Assembly (NCBI GenBank): GCA_017383665.1
Contig: JAFNWA010000220.1
Span: forward strand, 1-24,586
Length of the DNA: 24,586 bases
Direction: 5' to 3'
Source: Bacteroidaceae bacterium
GTDB lineage: Bacteria > Bacteroidota > Bacteroidia > Bacteroidales > Bacteroidaceae
Every line of letters begins with the position of its first letter. Position 1 is the stretch's first letter. The notes beneath the pieces are model-generated. The model did no database searches, was not told the DNA's origin, and saw only the letters and a program-made list of their open reading frames with translations. Below are positions 7,431-16,789 of this stretch, piece after piece. Both the position numbers and the translations under genes were made by a program.

Positions 7431-8081
7431 TTACTTCGCTATATTGAGCTTGATCTTGGCCTCGTTTGCTACTGGTGAATGAGGGTACTCATTCTTTATC
7501 CTATTGTAAAGCTTCGTAGCTTCCTCTTTGTTACCTTGTGATTCGTACATTGCAGCTGCGTCTCTCCAGCAAACAGGAGTGACAGCAATGTTGTTTGCAA
7601 GTTCGGCAGCCTCAAGAATTACGCGTATTGCATTGTCATAATCTCCAATCTGAGAATAACAGTTTCCCAAGGTATGCTTTGCTGTTGGAGCCATGAGATT
7701 GTCACAGCCACTGTACTTGCTCAAGTGGGAAATGGCCTCGTCATAGTTGGATTGCTGTGCATAGATCATGCCGGCATAGTAGTGTGCCTTGTTGGCTGCG
7801 CTACTGCCATCGTATGTATCGATAATCTCAATAAACCCGTCAAGTGCGGTCTGTAAAGGCATACTCTGCCATGTAGCCTCTATGCTTGCAATAGCCAAGT
7901 CTGCTTCATTATTGCTTGGCGCCTCTGTTGTCTTTTTGCTGAAAGCGTTGAAACCGGCGATTGCAATGATTGCTAAAATACCGGCAATGAATGCTACTTT
8001 GTGTTTGAGTACAAATGCCTCAGCTTTTCCAAGTGCCTGATCTGGTGCGATAGGCTCATCTTTTTTTGTCTTTTTGCTCAT
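7431..8081 (-). CDS. Membrane-anchored TPR protein, YfgM-like (start revised to ATG 8081)
   Basis: MSKKTKK basic N-terminus, one TM (VAFIAGILAIIAIAG), TPR-like helices (AHYYAGMIYAQQSNYDEAISHL, LGNCYSQIGDYDNAI). The longer ORF-track extension crosses the promoter region. Confidence 0.85.
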   Translation of the reverse strand: MSKKTKKDEPIAPDQALGKAEAFVLKHKVAFIAGILAIIAIAGFNAFSKKTTEAPSNNEADLAIASIEATWQSMPLQTALDGFIEIIDTYDGSSAANKAHYYAGMIYAQQSNYDEAISHLSKYSGCDNLMAPTAKHTLGNCYSQIGDYDNAIRVILEAAELANNIAVTPVCWRDAAAMYESQGNKEEATKLYNRIKNEYPHSPVANEAKIKLNIAK

Positions 8082-8121
8082 AGTTGTATTGTGTTTTCTA
8101 TTACTTGCTGATTGTGTGTTA

Positions 8122-8129
8122 CAAAAGTA
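8122..8129 (-). promoter_or_regulatory. -7 promoter element (TACTTTTG) for the TPR gene
   Basis: Exact TAnnTTTG match 41 nt upstream of the revised ATG. Confidence 0.6.
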
Positions 8130-8281
8130 ATCAAATTCTTTTTTGATGAAAAAAATATATCGTTTTTTTTGTTGCAAATGAGTTGTCATAATGTTTTGTG
8201 TCTTTGCTTTGCCAATCCGGAATTCCGGCAAGTCGTAATACTCCGAAACAGATGGGGGATAATCTTTGTTATATACAGAAC

Positions 8282-8349
8282 TAAATTTGCGATGTCTCTG
8301 TAAAAAAACGGAGCAAACTTTATATTTCGCTCGTTTGTGTGTATATTTG
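8282..8349 (+). promoter_or_regulatory. Two candidate -7 elements for recF: TAAATTTG (8282-8289) and TATATTTG (8342-8349)
   Basis: Both match TAnnTTTG upstream of ATG 8370. Confidence 0.55.
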
Positions 8350-8369
8350 CAACATATTATGCACTCATA

Positions 8370-9482
8370 ATGATACTAAACGGCGTATCTTTACTCAATT
8401 ATAAGAATCTGCAGGAGGTGAACATCTCGTTCTCCCCCAAGATAAACTGTTTCATTGGCAGCAATGGAATGGGAAAGACCAATCTGCTCGATGCGGTTTA
8501 TTATCTCTCTTTCTGCAAGAGTGCCGTTACGGCTTCCGATTCTTCCAATATTATGCACGACGCTCCTTTCTTTATGTTGCAGGGCTGTTACCAAAGCGAT
8601 AGCGGCATTGCCAGTGAGGTGTCGTGTGGCTTGAAGCGTGGCGAGAAGAAGCAGTTCCGCAGGGACGGCAAGCTGTATGAGCGTCTATCGGATCACATTG
8701 GTTCTGTCCCACTTGTCATGGTGTCGCCTGCGGATAGTGAACTGATTGCCGGTGGCAGCGAGGAGAGACGCCGTTTCATGGATGTGGTAATATCGCAGTA
8801 TGACAAGGAGTACCTTGGTGCGTTGATACGCTACAACCGTGCGTTGCAGCAGCGTAATGCATTGCTGCGTGGTGAGCGTGAGCCCGATAGCGAGATGATG
8901 CAGCTCATTGAGGAGATGATGGTTGACGAGGCAATGGTAATTAACCGGGGACGCAAGGCGTTTATTGATGAACTTGTCCCTGTTTTTGAAAGGTTCCATA
9001 GCACGATTGCGTGTGGTGGCGAAGTGGTTTCATTGAAGTACCGCTCGCACATGAATGACGGCGATTTGCTTGAGCAGTTGCGCTTGTCGCGTGCCGATGA
9101 CTACCGCCTTGGACATACTTCAAAGGGTGTGCATCGCGATGAACTGACAATGCTGTTGGGCGGTTATCCGCTGAGGCGTGAGGGATCGCAGGGGCAGAAC
9201 AAGACATTCCTTGTGTCGTTGAAGTTGGCGCAGTATGACTTCCTGCGTTCAAAGGGTGGTGAAATGCCATTGCTGTTGCTCGATGATATATTTGACAAAC
9301 TCGACAGCCGACGCGTGGAGCAGATCATTGCACTTGTGGCAGGTGAGGGCTTCGGGCAGATATTTATTACCGATGTCAATCGCGAACATATTGACTGCAT
9401 TCTTGAGAGGGTGAGTGGTGACTATCGTCTGTTTGAGGTACAGGGCGGCCATGTGGAGTTGCTTAAATCGCGTGAAGTATGA
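8370..9482 (+). CDS. recF: DNA replication and repair protein RecF (start revised to ATG 8370)
   Basis: LLNYKN, Walker A GSNGMGKTNLLDAVYYLS, ERRRFMD, GVHRDEL, GSQGQNK and LLLLDDIFDKLD motifs. Confidence 0.97.
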   Translation: MILNGVSLLNYKNLQEVNISFSPKINCFIGSNGMGKTNLLDAVYYLSFCKSAVTASDSSNIMHDAPFFMLQGCYQSDSGIASEVSCGLKRGEKKQFRRDGKLYERLSDHIGSVPLVMVSPADSELIAGGSEERRRFMDVVISQYDKEYLGALIRYNRALQQRNALLRGEREPDSEMMQLIEEMMVDEAMVINRGRKAFIDELVPVFERFHSTIACGGEVVSLKYRSHMNDGDLLEQLRLSRADDYRLGHTSKGVHRDELTMLLGGYPLRREGSQGQNKTFLVSLKLAQYDFLRSKGGEMPLLLLDDIFDKLDSRRVEQIIALVAGEGFGQIFITDVNREHIDCILERVSGDYRLFEVQGGHVELLKSREV

Positions 9483-9769
9483 AGAGGGGCTCTACAAAAT
9501 CAATAGCAGAACTTGTGAAGGTGATGTGCCGTGAGGAGGGGCTTGAGACTCCGCTCAACGAGTATCGCCTCATAAATGCGTGGCCAAAGGTGTTGGGTCA
9601 GGCCGTATGCAACTATACCCGTGATTTGAAAATATATAACCAAGTGCTTTTTGTTACCGTTACATCATCTGTATTGCGTCAGGAACTTCTCATGAACAGA
9701 CGATCGTTGGTGGCAAAACTGAACGAATATGTAAAGGCGCAGGTTATAACAGATATTGTATTTAAATGA
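9479..9769 (+). CDS. DUF721/DciA-family protein (putative replicative helicase loader)
   Basis: W..VLG.AV..YT, LFVTVTSSVLRQELLMNR pattern; ATGA overlap with recF. Confidence 0.85.
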   Translation: MKRGSTKSIAELVKVMCREEGLETPLNEYRLINAWPKVLGQAVCNYTRDLKIYNQVLFVTVTSSVLRQELLMNRRSLVAKLNEYVKAQVITDIVFK

Positions 9770-9847
9770 ACATAATGGCCTTTTTGCGGTTTATTAGTTT
9801 GCAGTAAAAAGGTGGATTGAGACAATAATAATTGAAAAATATATTTT

Positions 9848-11110
9848 ATGCAAAATTCAAATGTTAAAACAAAACTCATTGTATTGAGTTTCCTGCAGTT
9901 TGCTGTTTGGGGCGCTTACCTTACTTCAATGGGACGCTACCTTGGCAATGCCGGAATGGGTAGTGATATCGGCTGGTTCTATTCTGTACAGGGTATTGTG
10001 TCAATCTTTATGCCTGCTATAATTGGCATCATTGCAGACCGTTGGGTTCCGGCGCAGCGTATGTTGGCCTTCTGCCATGCTGTAGCAGCTGTATTTATGG
10101 GTATTACCGGTTTTATTGGAATGTCTAAGGGGGCAGCAGTAGGCTTTAATGACCTGTTCTGGACATATACAATCAGCGTCGCCTTCTATATGCCTACATT
10201 GGCGCTTTCAAATTCTGTTTCATATACCGTGTTGACAAAAGCCGGACTTGATACTGTAAAGGCTTTCCCGCCAATACGCGTGTTCGGAACAGTAGGTTTC
10301 ATTGTCTCTATGTGGATTGTTGACCTGACCGGTTTCCAGAATGATTATTCGCAGTTCTTTGCATCGGCTGTTTGGGGGGTACTGCTTGCAGCATATTCGC
10401 TTACATTGCCAAATTGCCCTGTAAACAAGTCGGTAGAGAAAAAGTCGCTTGCATCGGCGTTCGGTCTTGATGCTTTCAAACTGTTCAACCAAAGGAAAAT
10501 GGCAATGTTCTTCATTTTCTCAATGTTGCTTGGTGCGGCATTGCAGGTGTCGAACGGATATGCCAATATGTTCATTAGCGGCTTTGGTGGAATTGAGAAA
10601 TATGCAGGTACTTTTGCCGTGGAGCACACAAACATGCTCATTTCCCTGTCACAGATATCAGAGACTCTTTGCATTCTGCTCATTCCTTTCTTCCTCAGGA
10701 AGTTCGGCATAAAGATTGTGATGCTCATTGCAATGTTGGGATGGGTGTTCCGTTTCGGCTTTTTTGCGATGGGTGACCCTGCAATGCCAGGCGTGCTCCT
10801 GTTCGTGCTTTCAATGATTGTATATGGTGTGGCATTCGATTTCTTCAATGTGTCGGGCTCGCTTTTCGTGGATAAGGAGACTCCCGAAAACATGCGCTCA
10901 AGCGCACAGGGACTGTTCATGCTCATGACAAACGGTCTCGGAGCCTCAATTGGTGTCATTGCTGCACAGGAGGTAGTAAACCACTTTACAGCGAACCAGA
11001 CAAACTTTGCCGGTTGGACCTCGGCGTGGTACATCTTTGCCGGCTATGCTCTTGTTATAGCATTGCTGTTTGTCGTTTTGTTCAAGGATAAGAAGGAGAC
11101 TAAAGCATAA
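9848..11110 (+). CDS. Nucleoside:H+ symporter, NupG/XapB-like MFS
   Basis: About 12 TM; LSFLQFAVWGAY, GIIADRW, FPPIRVFGTVGF, SQISE and RSSAQGL motifs. Confidence 0.92.
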   Translation: MQNSNVKTKLIVLSFLQFAVWGAYLTSMGRYLGNAGMGSDIGWFYSVQGIVSIFMPAIIGIIADRWVPAQRMLAFCHAVAAVFMGITGFIGMSKGAAVGFNDLFWTYTISVAFYMPTLALSNSVSYTVLTKAGLDTVKAFPPIRVFGTVGFIVSMWIVDLTGFQNDYSQFFASAVWGVLLAAYSLTLPNCPVNKSVEKKSLASAFGLDAFKLFNQRKMAMFFIFSMLLGAALQVSNGYANMFISGFGGIEKYAGTFAVEHTNMLISLSQISETLCILLIPFFLRKFGIKIVMLIAMLGWVFRFGFFAMGDPAMPGVLLFVLSMIVYGVAFDFFNVSGSLFVDKETPENMRSSAQGLFMLMTNGLGASIGVIAAQEVVNHFTANQTNFAGWTSAWYIFAGYALVIALLFVVLFKDKKETKA

Positions 11111-11116
11111 TGCAAT

Positions 11117-11704
11117 ATGGTTGAGCTTGTTGTAACTGATATAATGTCGAAGGCTGCCGACCATCGCGCTCATGTGCTTCTGCTGAGCGAGAAGGAGGGA
11201 TTGCGTAAGATAATTGTAGCCCTAGGTTTCCTTGAGGCCCAGGCTATTGCATTTACCTTGCGCGGAATAAAGACCGACCGCCCTTTGACACACGATCTCT
11301 TTGGTGGTGTGTCCGAGGCATTCGGCATTGAGTTACAGCATGTTCTTATAGACCGTATTTGCGACGGCACTTTCTGCTCACGGCTCTGTTACAGGCAAGG
11401 CGATATAGAGCAGAGCATTGATTCGCGCACAAGCGATGCCATTGCCATTGCTTTGCGTGCCGGTGCACCGATATATATTGACGATAGTTTGCTGTCGCAG
11501 ATGTGCATACGCGATGAGCAGAACGGTGCATTTTCAATTCCCATAACTGCGGCCGATGAGGCTACACTGCGTGTCGCAATTGCCAATGCCGTGAAGGTTG
11601 AGAACTATGAACTGGCGCACAAACTGAAAGAGGAGATAGACTCCCGACACGCACAGCGCCACGACAACTTTGATAACACTGATAACGACAAACAACTTCT
11701 ATAG
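11117..11704 (+). CDS. Bifunctional nuclease (DUF151/BFN) with C-terminal UVR-type helix
   Basis: EAQAIA, RPLTHDL, DSRTSDAIAIALR...PIY motifs; ENYELAHKLKEEI UVR-like segment. Confidence 0.88.
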   Translation: MVELVVTDIMSKAADHRAHVLLLSEKEGLRKIIVALGFLEAQAIAFTLRGIKTDRPLTHDLFGGVSEAFGIELQHVLIDRICDGTFCSRLCYRQGDIEQSIDSRTSDAIAIALRAGAPIYIDDSLLSQMCIRDEQNGAFSIPITAADEATLRVAIANAVKVENYELAHKLKEEIDSRHAQRHDNFDNTDNDKQLL

Positions 11705-11772
11705 AAGCTGTTTAAAATTATTATCAGCTTCTACAAGAAAATACTTTTTTAGAAATTTAAAAAGCTTCTAAA

Positions 11773-12474
11773 ATGGCACTTTTTTATGTACCGGATATTG
11801 CAGAGCGTTGGGAACTCTCCGAGGAGGAAGCTGCCCACGCTTTGCGTGTTCTGCGCCTTACGGTAGGTAGCGGACTTGAAATAACAGATGGCAAGGGAAA
11901 TCTGTACAGAACCACAATCGATTCCATAAGTGGCAAGCATTGCTATGTTGTGCCATGTGCACCGTTGGAGAAACCGAAGAATTGGAAGGGTGGGGTGCAC
12001 ATAGCAATTGCTCCTACGAAGAACATGGATCGCATTGAGTGGTTTGCCGAGAAAGCTACCGAAATTGGTCTCGATGCCGTGACATTTCTCAACTGCCGTT
12101 TTTCGGAGCGCAAGGTTATAAAGCCCGAGCGTGTAGAACGCATTGTGGTGTCAGCGATGAAGCAGTCGCTCAAATACTGCAAGCCTGTGGTTAGCGATAT
12201 GGTCGATTTCAAGAAATTCATTTCTCAGGAGCGTTCCGGCGCAAAATTCATAGCGCACTGCTATGATAGCGAAAGGGTCCTCTTCAAGGATGCGCTTGTC
12301 CCTTGTGAGGAGGCTACGGTGCTCATTGGTCCAGAAGGTGATTTCAGCCCCGAGGAGGTGGAACTTGCCGTAGAGGCCGGTTTTCGTCCGATAAGTCTTG
12401 GAAGTTCGCGTCTGCGTACCGAGACAGCTGCGCTTGTGGCGTGTCATACATATATATTGAAGAATGAGATATGA
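11773..12474 (+). CDS. rsmE: 16S rRNA m3U1498 methyltransferase RsmE
   Basis: HALRVLRL, EKATEIG, SAMKQS, LIGPEGDFS and SLGSSRLRTETAA (SPOUT) motifs. Confidence 0.96.
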   Translation: MALFYVPDIAERWELSEEEAAHALRVLRLTVGSGLEITDGKGNLYRTTIDSISGKHCYVVPCAPLEKPKNWKGGVHIAIAPTKNMDRIEWFAEKATEIGLDAVTFLNCRFSERKVIKPERVERIVVSAMKQSLKYCKPVVSDMVDFKKFISQERSGAKFIAHCYDSERVLFKDALVPCEEATVLIGPEGDFSPEEVELAVEAGFRPISLGSSRLRTETAALVACHTYILKNEI

Positions 12475-13223
12475 CACAACGCCATTTCATATTCTTTTCC
12501 TATGATGGTGCAGCCTACCACGGTTGGCAGGTTCAGCCCAATGCTATAACAGTGCAGCAGGTGCTCGAGGAGGCACTGGCGACAATTCTGCGTCTCCCCG
12601 TTCCGCTAATGGGCGCAGGGCGCACTGATACAGGGGTGAATGCCGAGTGTATGGTGGCACATGCTGATTTACCCTGTGGAGTGGATGTGCAGCAACTTAT
12701 ATATAAACTTAACAGGATTTTGCCTCCTGATATTGCAGTCAGTGCCATCAGGCGTGTGCGCGATGATGCCCATGCGCGCTTCGATGCAATATCTCGTCGT
12801 TACCGTTACCGCGTGGTCACGGCAAAGTCTCCTTTTGCGCGTCGTTATGCTTTGCGTGTTATGCCGGAAATTGATTTTGAGGCGATGAACCGCGCAGCTG
12901 AACTGCTGTATGAATATACAGACTTTACCAGCTTCAGCAAACTGCATACCGATGTGAAGACCAACAACTGCAAGGTGACATATGCGGCATGGCACAATGT
13001 GGGCGCTGATGAGTGGGTCTTTGAGATTGAGGCCGACCGTTTCCTTCGCAATATGGTTCGTGCCATAGTGGGGACATTACTGCTTGTGGGGCGCGGTAAG
13101 ATGACAATAGATGGTTTTCGTGATGTCATTGAGAACAAGGCGCGTGGCGAGGCCGGTGATTCGGCAATGGGTGAGGCGCTGTTTCTTGTTGATGTGAAAT
13201 ACCCCAATGATATTTATCTGTGA
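12471..13223 (+). CDS. truA: tRNA pseudouridine(38-40) synthase TruA
   Basis: YDGAAYHGWQVQP, GAGRTDTGVNA, HARFDA, DFTSFSK and FLRNMVRAIVG motifs. Confidence 0.97.
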   Translation: MTQRHFIFFSYDGAAYHGWQVQPNAITVQQVLEEALATILRLPVPLMGAGRTDTGVNAECMVAHADLPCGVDVQQLIYKLNRILPPDIAVSAIRRVRDDAHARFDAISRRYRYRVVTAKSPFARRYALRVMPEIDFEAMNRAAELLYEYTDFTSFSKLHTDVKTNNCKVTYAAWHNVGADEWVFEIEADRFLRNMVRAIVGTLLLVGRGKMTIDGFRDVIENKARGEAGDSAMGEALFLVDVKYPNDIYL

Positions 13224-14119
13224 TGTGGGCGTTGCTTGCTTTTATGTCGGCAGCCTTGCTTGGTTGCTATGACTTCTTCAAGAAGGTTTCGTTGAAGGAG
13301 AACTCTGTCCTTGCGGTACTTTTTTTGAATACTCTTTTCTCTACACTCCTTTTTGCACCTTTCATTTTACTTTCGCATGTGGGTGTAATTGATTCGGGGC
13401 AACTTTATGTTCCTGCAATAGGTGTGGACACACACCTGTTGTTGCTGCTTAAAGCGGTGATTGTGCTCTCGTCATGGCTTTGTGGATACATAGGAATCAA
13501 GCATCTACCCATTACGATAGTATCACCTATACAGTCAACCCGCCCGGTGCTGGTGCTGCTTGGTGCGTTGTTCCTGTTTGGCGAGTCATTGAATGTGTAC
13601 CAATGGGTTGGAGTTCTTATAGCGATTGTTTCGGTGTTTTTGCTGAGTCGTAGCGGCAAGCTTGAGGGCATTGATTTCATGCGTAACAGATGGGTGGCCT
13701 TTATCGCTTTGGCGGCGATTTTTGGTGCAGTAAGTGCTCTCTACGACAAATATCTTATGCGCTCTATTGAGCCAATTGTGGTGCAGTCATGGTTTAATAT
13801 ATATCAATGCGTTCTCATGGGTTTGATAATCCTGGTGATGAATGTTTTGAATCCGGCACAAAGGCAGCGGAAATTTATTTGGAGATGGTCAATACCCTTG
13901 ATTTCGCTTTTTCTTGGTATGGCCGATTTCTGTTACTTTACATCCTTGGCGCAGGAGGGTGCTCTCATTGCGGTTGTCTCCATGATAAGGCGTGGTAGTG
14001 TGGTGGTTTCATTTATCTTTGGAGCAGTGCTGCTAAATGAAAAGAATCTTAAACGCAAGGCTTTTGATGTTTTATTGATACTTGTTGGATTATTTTTTCT
14101 ATATTTGGGGTCGAAATGA
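13220..14119 (+). CDS. EamA/DMT-family transporter (start GTG 13220 or ATG 13223)
   Basis: About 10 TM in two repeats; LPITIVSPI and LLNEK...K motifs. Confidence 0.88.
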   Translation: MMWALLAFMSAALLGCYDFFKKVSLKENSVLAVLFLNTLFSTLLFAPFILLSHVGVIDSGQLYVPAIGVDTHLLLLLKAVIVLSSWLCGYIGIKHLPITIVSPIQSTRPVLVLLGALFLFGESLNVYQWVGVLIAIVSVFLLSRSGKLEGIDFMRNRWVAFIALAAIFGAVSALYDKYLMRSIEPIVVQSWFNIYQCVLMGLIILVMNVLNPAQRQRKFIWRWSIPLISLFLGMADFCYFTSLAQEGALIAVVSMIRRGSVVVSFIFGAVLLNEKNLKRKAFDVLLILVGLFFLYLGSK

Positions 14120-14736
14120 GGAAGTTTCTGTTTGTTATAATATTCTTGTTGGGCAGTGCGGCGTTAAAGCTTTCTGCTCAGGACATGCGTTCAATATTCT
14201 TGAATGCCCCCGATGATATATTCCCTTTGTTGACAAAGAACTGTCGTGCTGATTTGGTGGATTTTATCGATGCAGGAATGAAAGCAAATGTGGTGAATGA
14301 TTTTGATGGAACAAGTGTTCTCGAAAGTATCGATGATGACTATATGCTACTTGCGACTACAGCGTCATCGACAATGCAGCTTAAACTATTGCCCTTCAAA
14401 AATGATACTATCATTTGCATGGTAAAGAGTGTCAAAGCCGAGGCTGTTGACAGTCGTATTTTCTTCTATGATTTGAATTGGACTTTGCTCGACGGCTCCG
14501 GAATGTTCATACAACCTGAGATAGAAGACTTCTTCAAACCGGATGTTGCAACCGAAAAGATTGCTGACATCTGTGACATGTATCTGGTATCGCTAATGCT
14601 TGATAGAGATGACAATTCGCTCGTTGCGGAGTACACCATGCCGGCATATATGAGCGCAGAAGATGCAGAAAAGGTTACTCCTGTGCTGCGTAAATTGGTA
14701 TATAACTGGGACGGAGAGTCTTTTGTTATTGAGTGA
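14116..14736 (+). CDS. Secreted DUF3256-family protein
   Basis: Signal peptide; P...L...R.DLVDF, STMQLKLL and terminal YNWDG..F pattern; truA-EamA-DUF3256 order recalled from Bacteroidales. Confidence 0.75.
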   Translation: MRKFLFVIIFLLGSAALKLSAQDMRSIFLNAPDDIFPLLTKNCRADLVDFIDAGMKANVVNDFDGTSVLESIDDDYMLLATTASSTMQLKLLPFKNDTIICMVKSVKAEAVDSRIFFYDLNWTLLDGSGMFIQPEIEDFFKPDVATEKIADICDMYLVSLMLDRDDNSLVAEYTMPAYMSAEDAEKVTPVLRKLVYNWDGESFVIE

Positions 14737-15853
14737 TTGTCGTTGAGTCTGTAAACATCTCCGATATTTCTCCTTTGTTGTGTTTTTTGAATAGTGAACG
14801 GCTGTCATTGATAAAAAGTTTCCGTTTCTGTTCAGCATGGTTCCAATCCGGAATCTTTGTTGTTGCAGCCGGGTATATTGTGAAATTGCGCTTTCCGCTG
14901 TCGTCTTTCGGTGCTATCCATGTAAGCAGGTATCTGACATCCATTGGGCGTGTATAGTTTAAAATCTTGCGCAGTTTCATAGCAACCATAATACCTCCGT
15001 CTGTTCCGCGTATCGACATGTTTGATACAAGATTGCCGGTAGAATATACTACCAGGTGCCTGTCGGGCGTGGTTGCCGATTCCCGTATTTCGATTGGTTG
15101 GATAACATGTGGGTGATTGCCTATTATGTGGTTCACACCCATCTCAATGAGCCAATTACTCATCTCCTTTACTTTTGCCGGTGGCAAACTTACATATTCA
15201 TCGCCCCAATGCATGCAGGCAATTATTGCATCTGGGCATTTCGCTTTTGCAGCTTGAATATCACGGGCGATTATCTCCTTGTCTATCAAGTTTACCACCA
15301 TTGGTGCAGGAACCTCTCTGCCGTTGGTACCATAAGTGTAATTGAGGATAGCGACACGCACACCTTTCTTTTCTATTAAAAGTGGATATCTCTCTTCTCG
15401 CTCCTTTGCATTGCGATACACGCCACAATGTGCAAACTGCAAGGAGTCTAACATGTCAAGAGTGTGCAGTGCTCCTCGCTTGCCCTTGTCCAAGCAGTGG
15501 TTGTTGGCAAAGAGCAGTACATTGAACCCGGCATTCTTCACGGCATAAAGAAAACTGTCCGGGGCGCAGAATGACGGGTAACCGCTATATCTGCTTTCCC
15601 CTATGGTGGTCTCAAGATTCGCTACAGATATGTCTGCCGCCTTTACGAGTGGTGAAATATGACGGTAACAATATGAGAAACTATATTTGTCATCCTTTCC
15701 TTTGGCCATGTTGAGTTGCGTCTCGTGCTGCATGATGTCACCGGCAAAGAGCAGATCAACCTGTTGTACAGGCGTTGCAAAAATCTGCGCATATGCCAAT
15801 TGTGGCATTGCGCAGAGTATTAAAAGTGTAAGAATGGTTCTGATAGCCCGCAT
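14726..15853 (-). CDS. CapA-family (PGA_cap) secreted metallophosphatase-fold protein
   Basis: Signal peptide; FAGDIMQH, ANLE, ANNHCLD, MHWGDEY, GNHPHV and YSTGN motifs. Confidence 0.9.
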   Translation of the reverse strand: MRAIRTILTLLILCAMPQLAYAQIFATPVQQVDLLFAGDIMQHETQLNMAKGKDDKYSFSYCYRHISPLVKAADISVANLETTIGESRYSGYPSFCAPDSFLYAVKNAGFNVLLFANNHCLDKGKRGALHTLDMLDSLQFAHCGVYRNAKEREERYPLLIEKKGVRVAILNYTYGTNGREVPAPMVVNLIDKEIIARDIQAAKAKCPDAIIACMHWGDEYVSLPPAKVKEMSNWLIEMGVNHIIGNHPHVIQPIEIRESATTPDRHLVVYSTGNLVSNMSIRGTDGGIMVAMKLRKILNYTRPMDVRYLLTWIAPKDDSGKRNFTIYPAATTKIPDWNHAEQKRKLFINDSRSLFKKHNKGEISEMFTDSTTITQ

Positions 15854-16734
15854 TATTTATATATTTCGCGTTTTCCTGCCAGCAGGGTGTTCTTCATGAG
15901 CGAAACAATGGTCATGGGGCCTACACCGCCTGGAACCGGAGTTATGAATGAGCATTTTGGTGCGACATTGTCAAAATCCACATCTCCACATAGACGGAAT
16001 CCGCTTTTGCGTGTGGAATCGGGTACGCGCGTTGTGCCTACATCTATGACCACTGCGCCTTCCTTTACCATTTCGGCCTTGAGGAAGTGGGGCTGCCCTA
16101 ATGCTGCGATGATGATGTCGGCCTGTCGGCACTCATCGGCGATATTCTGTGTGTGGCTGTGGCATACGGTAACAGTGGCATCTCCGGGCAAACTCTTCTG
16201 CATCATAAGATTCGCCATTGGCTTGCCCACAATGTTGCTGCGCCCTAAAACCACGCACTTCTTTCCTTTTGTGTCAATGTTGTATCTACGCAATAGTTCC
16301 ATTATGCCATTGGGTGTCGCAGAAAGGAAACAGGGGAGTCCGATAGAGAGGCGGCCTACATTTACCGGATGGAATCCGTCAACATCCTTGCGGTAGTCTA
16401 TTGCTTCTGTTACTTTTTGTTCATCAATATGCTTTGGCAAAGGTAACTGTACAATAAAACCATCGATGTCAGTATCATTGTTCAGTTCCTCAACCTTTGT
16501 GAGTAGTTCTTCTTCGGTGATGTCTGCCTCATAGCGTATGAGTGTTGACTTGAAACCACACTCCTCGCATGCTTTAACTTTATTGGCAACATAAGTCTCG
16601 CTGCCTCCGTCATGTCCTACGAGAATTGCTGCAAGGTGTGGACGCTTGCCGCCTTTTGCCATGATCTCATTCACCTCGGTTGCTATCTCTCTCTTTATTT
16701 GTGCTGCTACAGCCTTGCCGTCAATCAGTTGCAT
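15853..16734 (-). CDS. folD: Bifunctional methylenetetrahydrofolate dehydrogenase/cyclohydrolase FolD
   Basis: [37 protein letters not shown] and [12 protein letters not shown] motifs. Confidence 0.98.
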   Translation of the reverse strand: MQLIDGKAVAAQIKREIATEVNEIMAKGGKRPHLAAILVGHDGGSETYVANKVKACEECGFKSTLIRYEADITEEELLTKVEELNNDTDIDGFIVQLPLPKHIDEQKVTEAIDYRKDVDGFHPVNVGRLSIGLPCFLSATPNGIMELLRRYNIDTKGKKCVVLGRSNIVGKPMANLMMQKSLPGDATVTVCHSHTQNIADECRQADIIIAALGQPHFLKAEMVKEGAVVIDVGTTRVPDSTRKSGFRLCGDVDFDNVAPKCSFITPVPGGVGPMTIVSLMKNTLLAGKREIYK

Positions 16735-16789
16735 GGTATTTATGGTGTTTTACAGCATTGCTATGGAACTTTGCTGTCTGTTAAATTTA

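Noticed and set aside
7431-8231. N-terminal extensions in the ORF track for the TPR gene, cdd, PTP, recF, adk and obgE
   Set aside because: The extensions cross promoter elements or upstream genes; downstream ATGs give the family-typical N-termini.
10345-11034. 229-aa antisense ORF inside the nucleoside permease
   Set aside because: Mirror-frame shadow of a hydrophobic gene with few stops on the opposite strand; no recognisable motif, promoter or initiation region.
14726-15853. Poly-gamma-glutamate capsule locus
   Set aside because: Only a CapA-like gene is present; there is no capB or capC synthetase in the window.
16752-16777. Hairpin between ffh and folD (ACAGCA...TGCTGT)
   Set aside because: Only a 6-bp stem with a large loop and no U-tract; compatible with chance.
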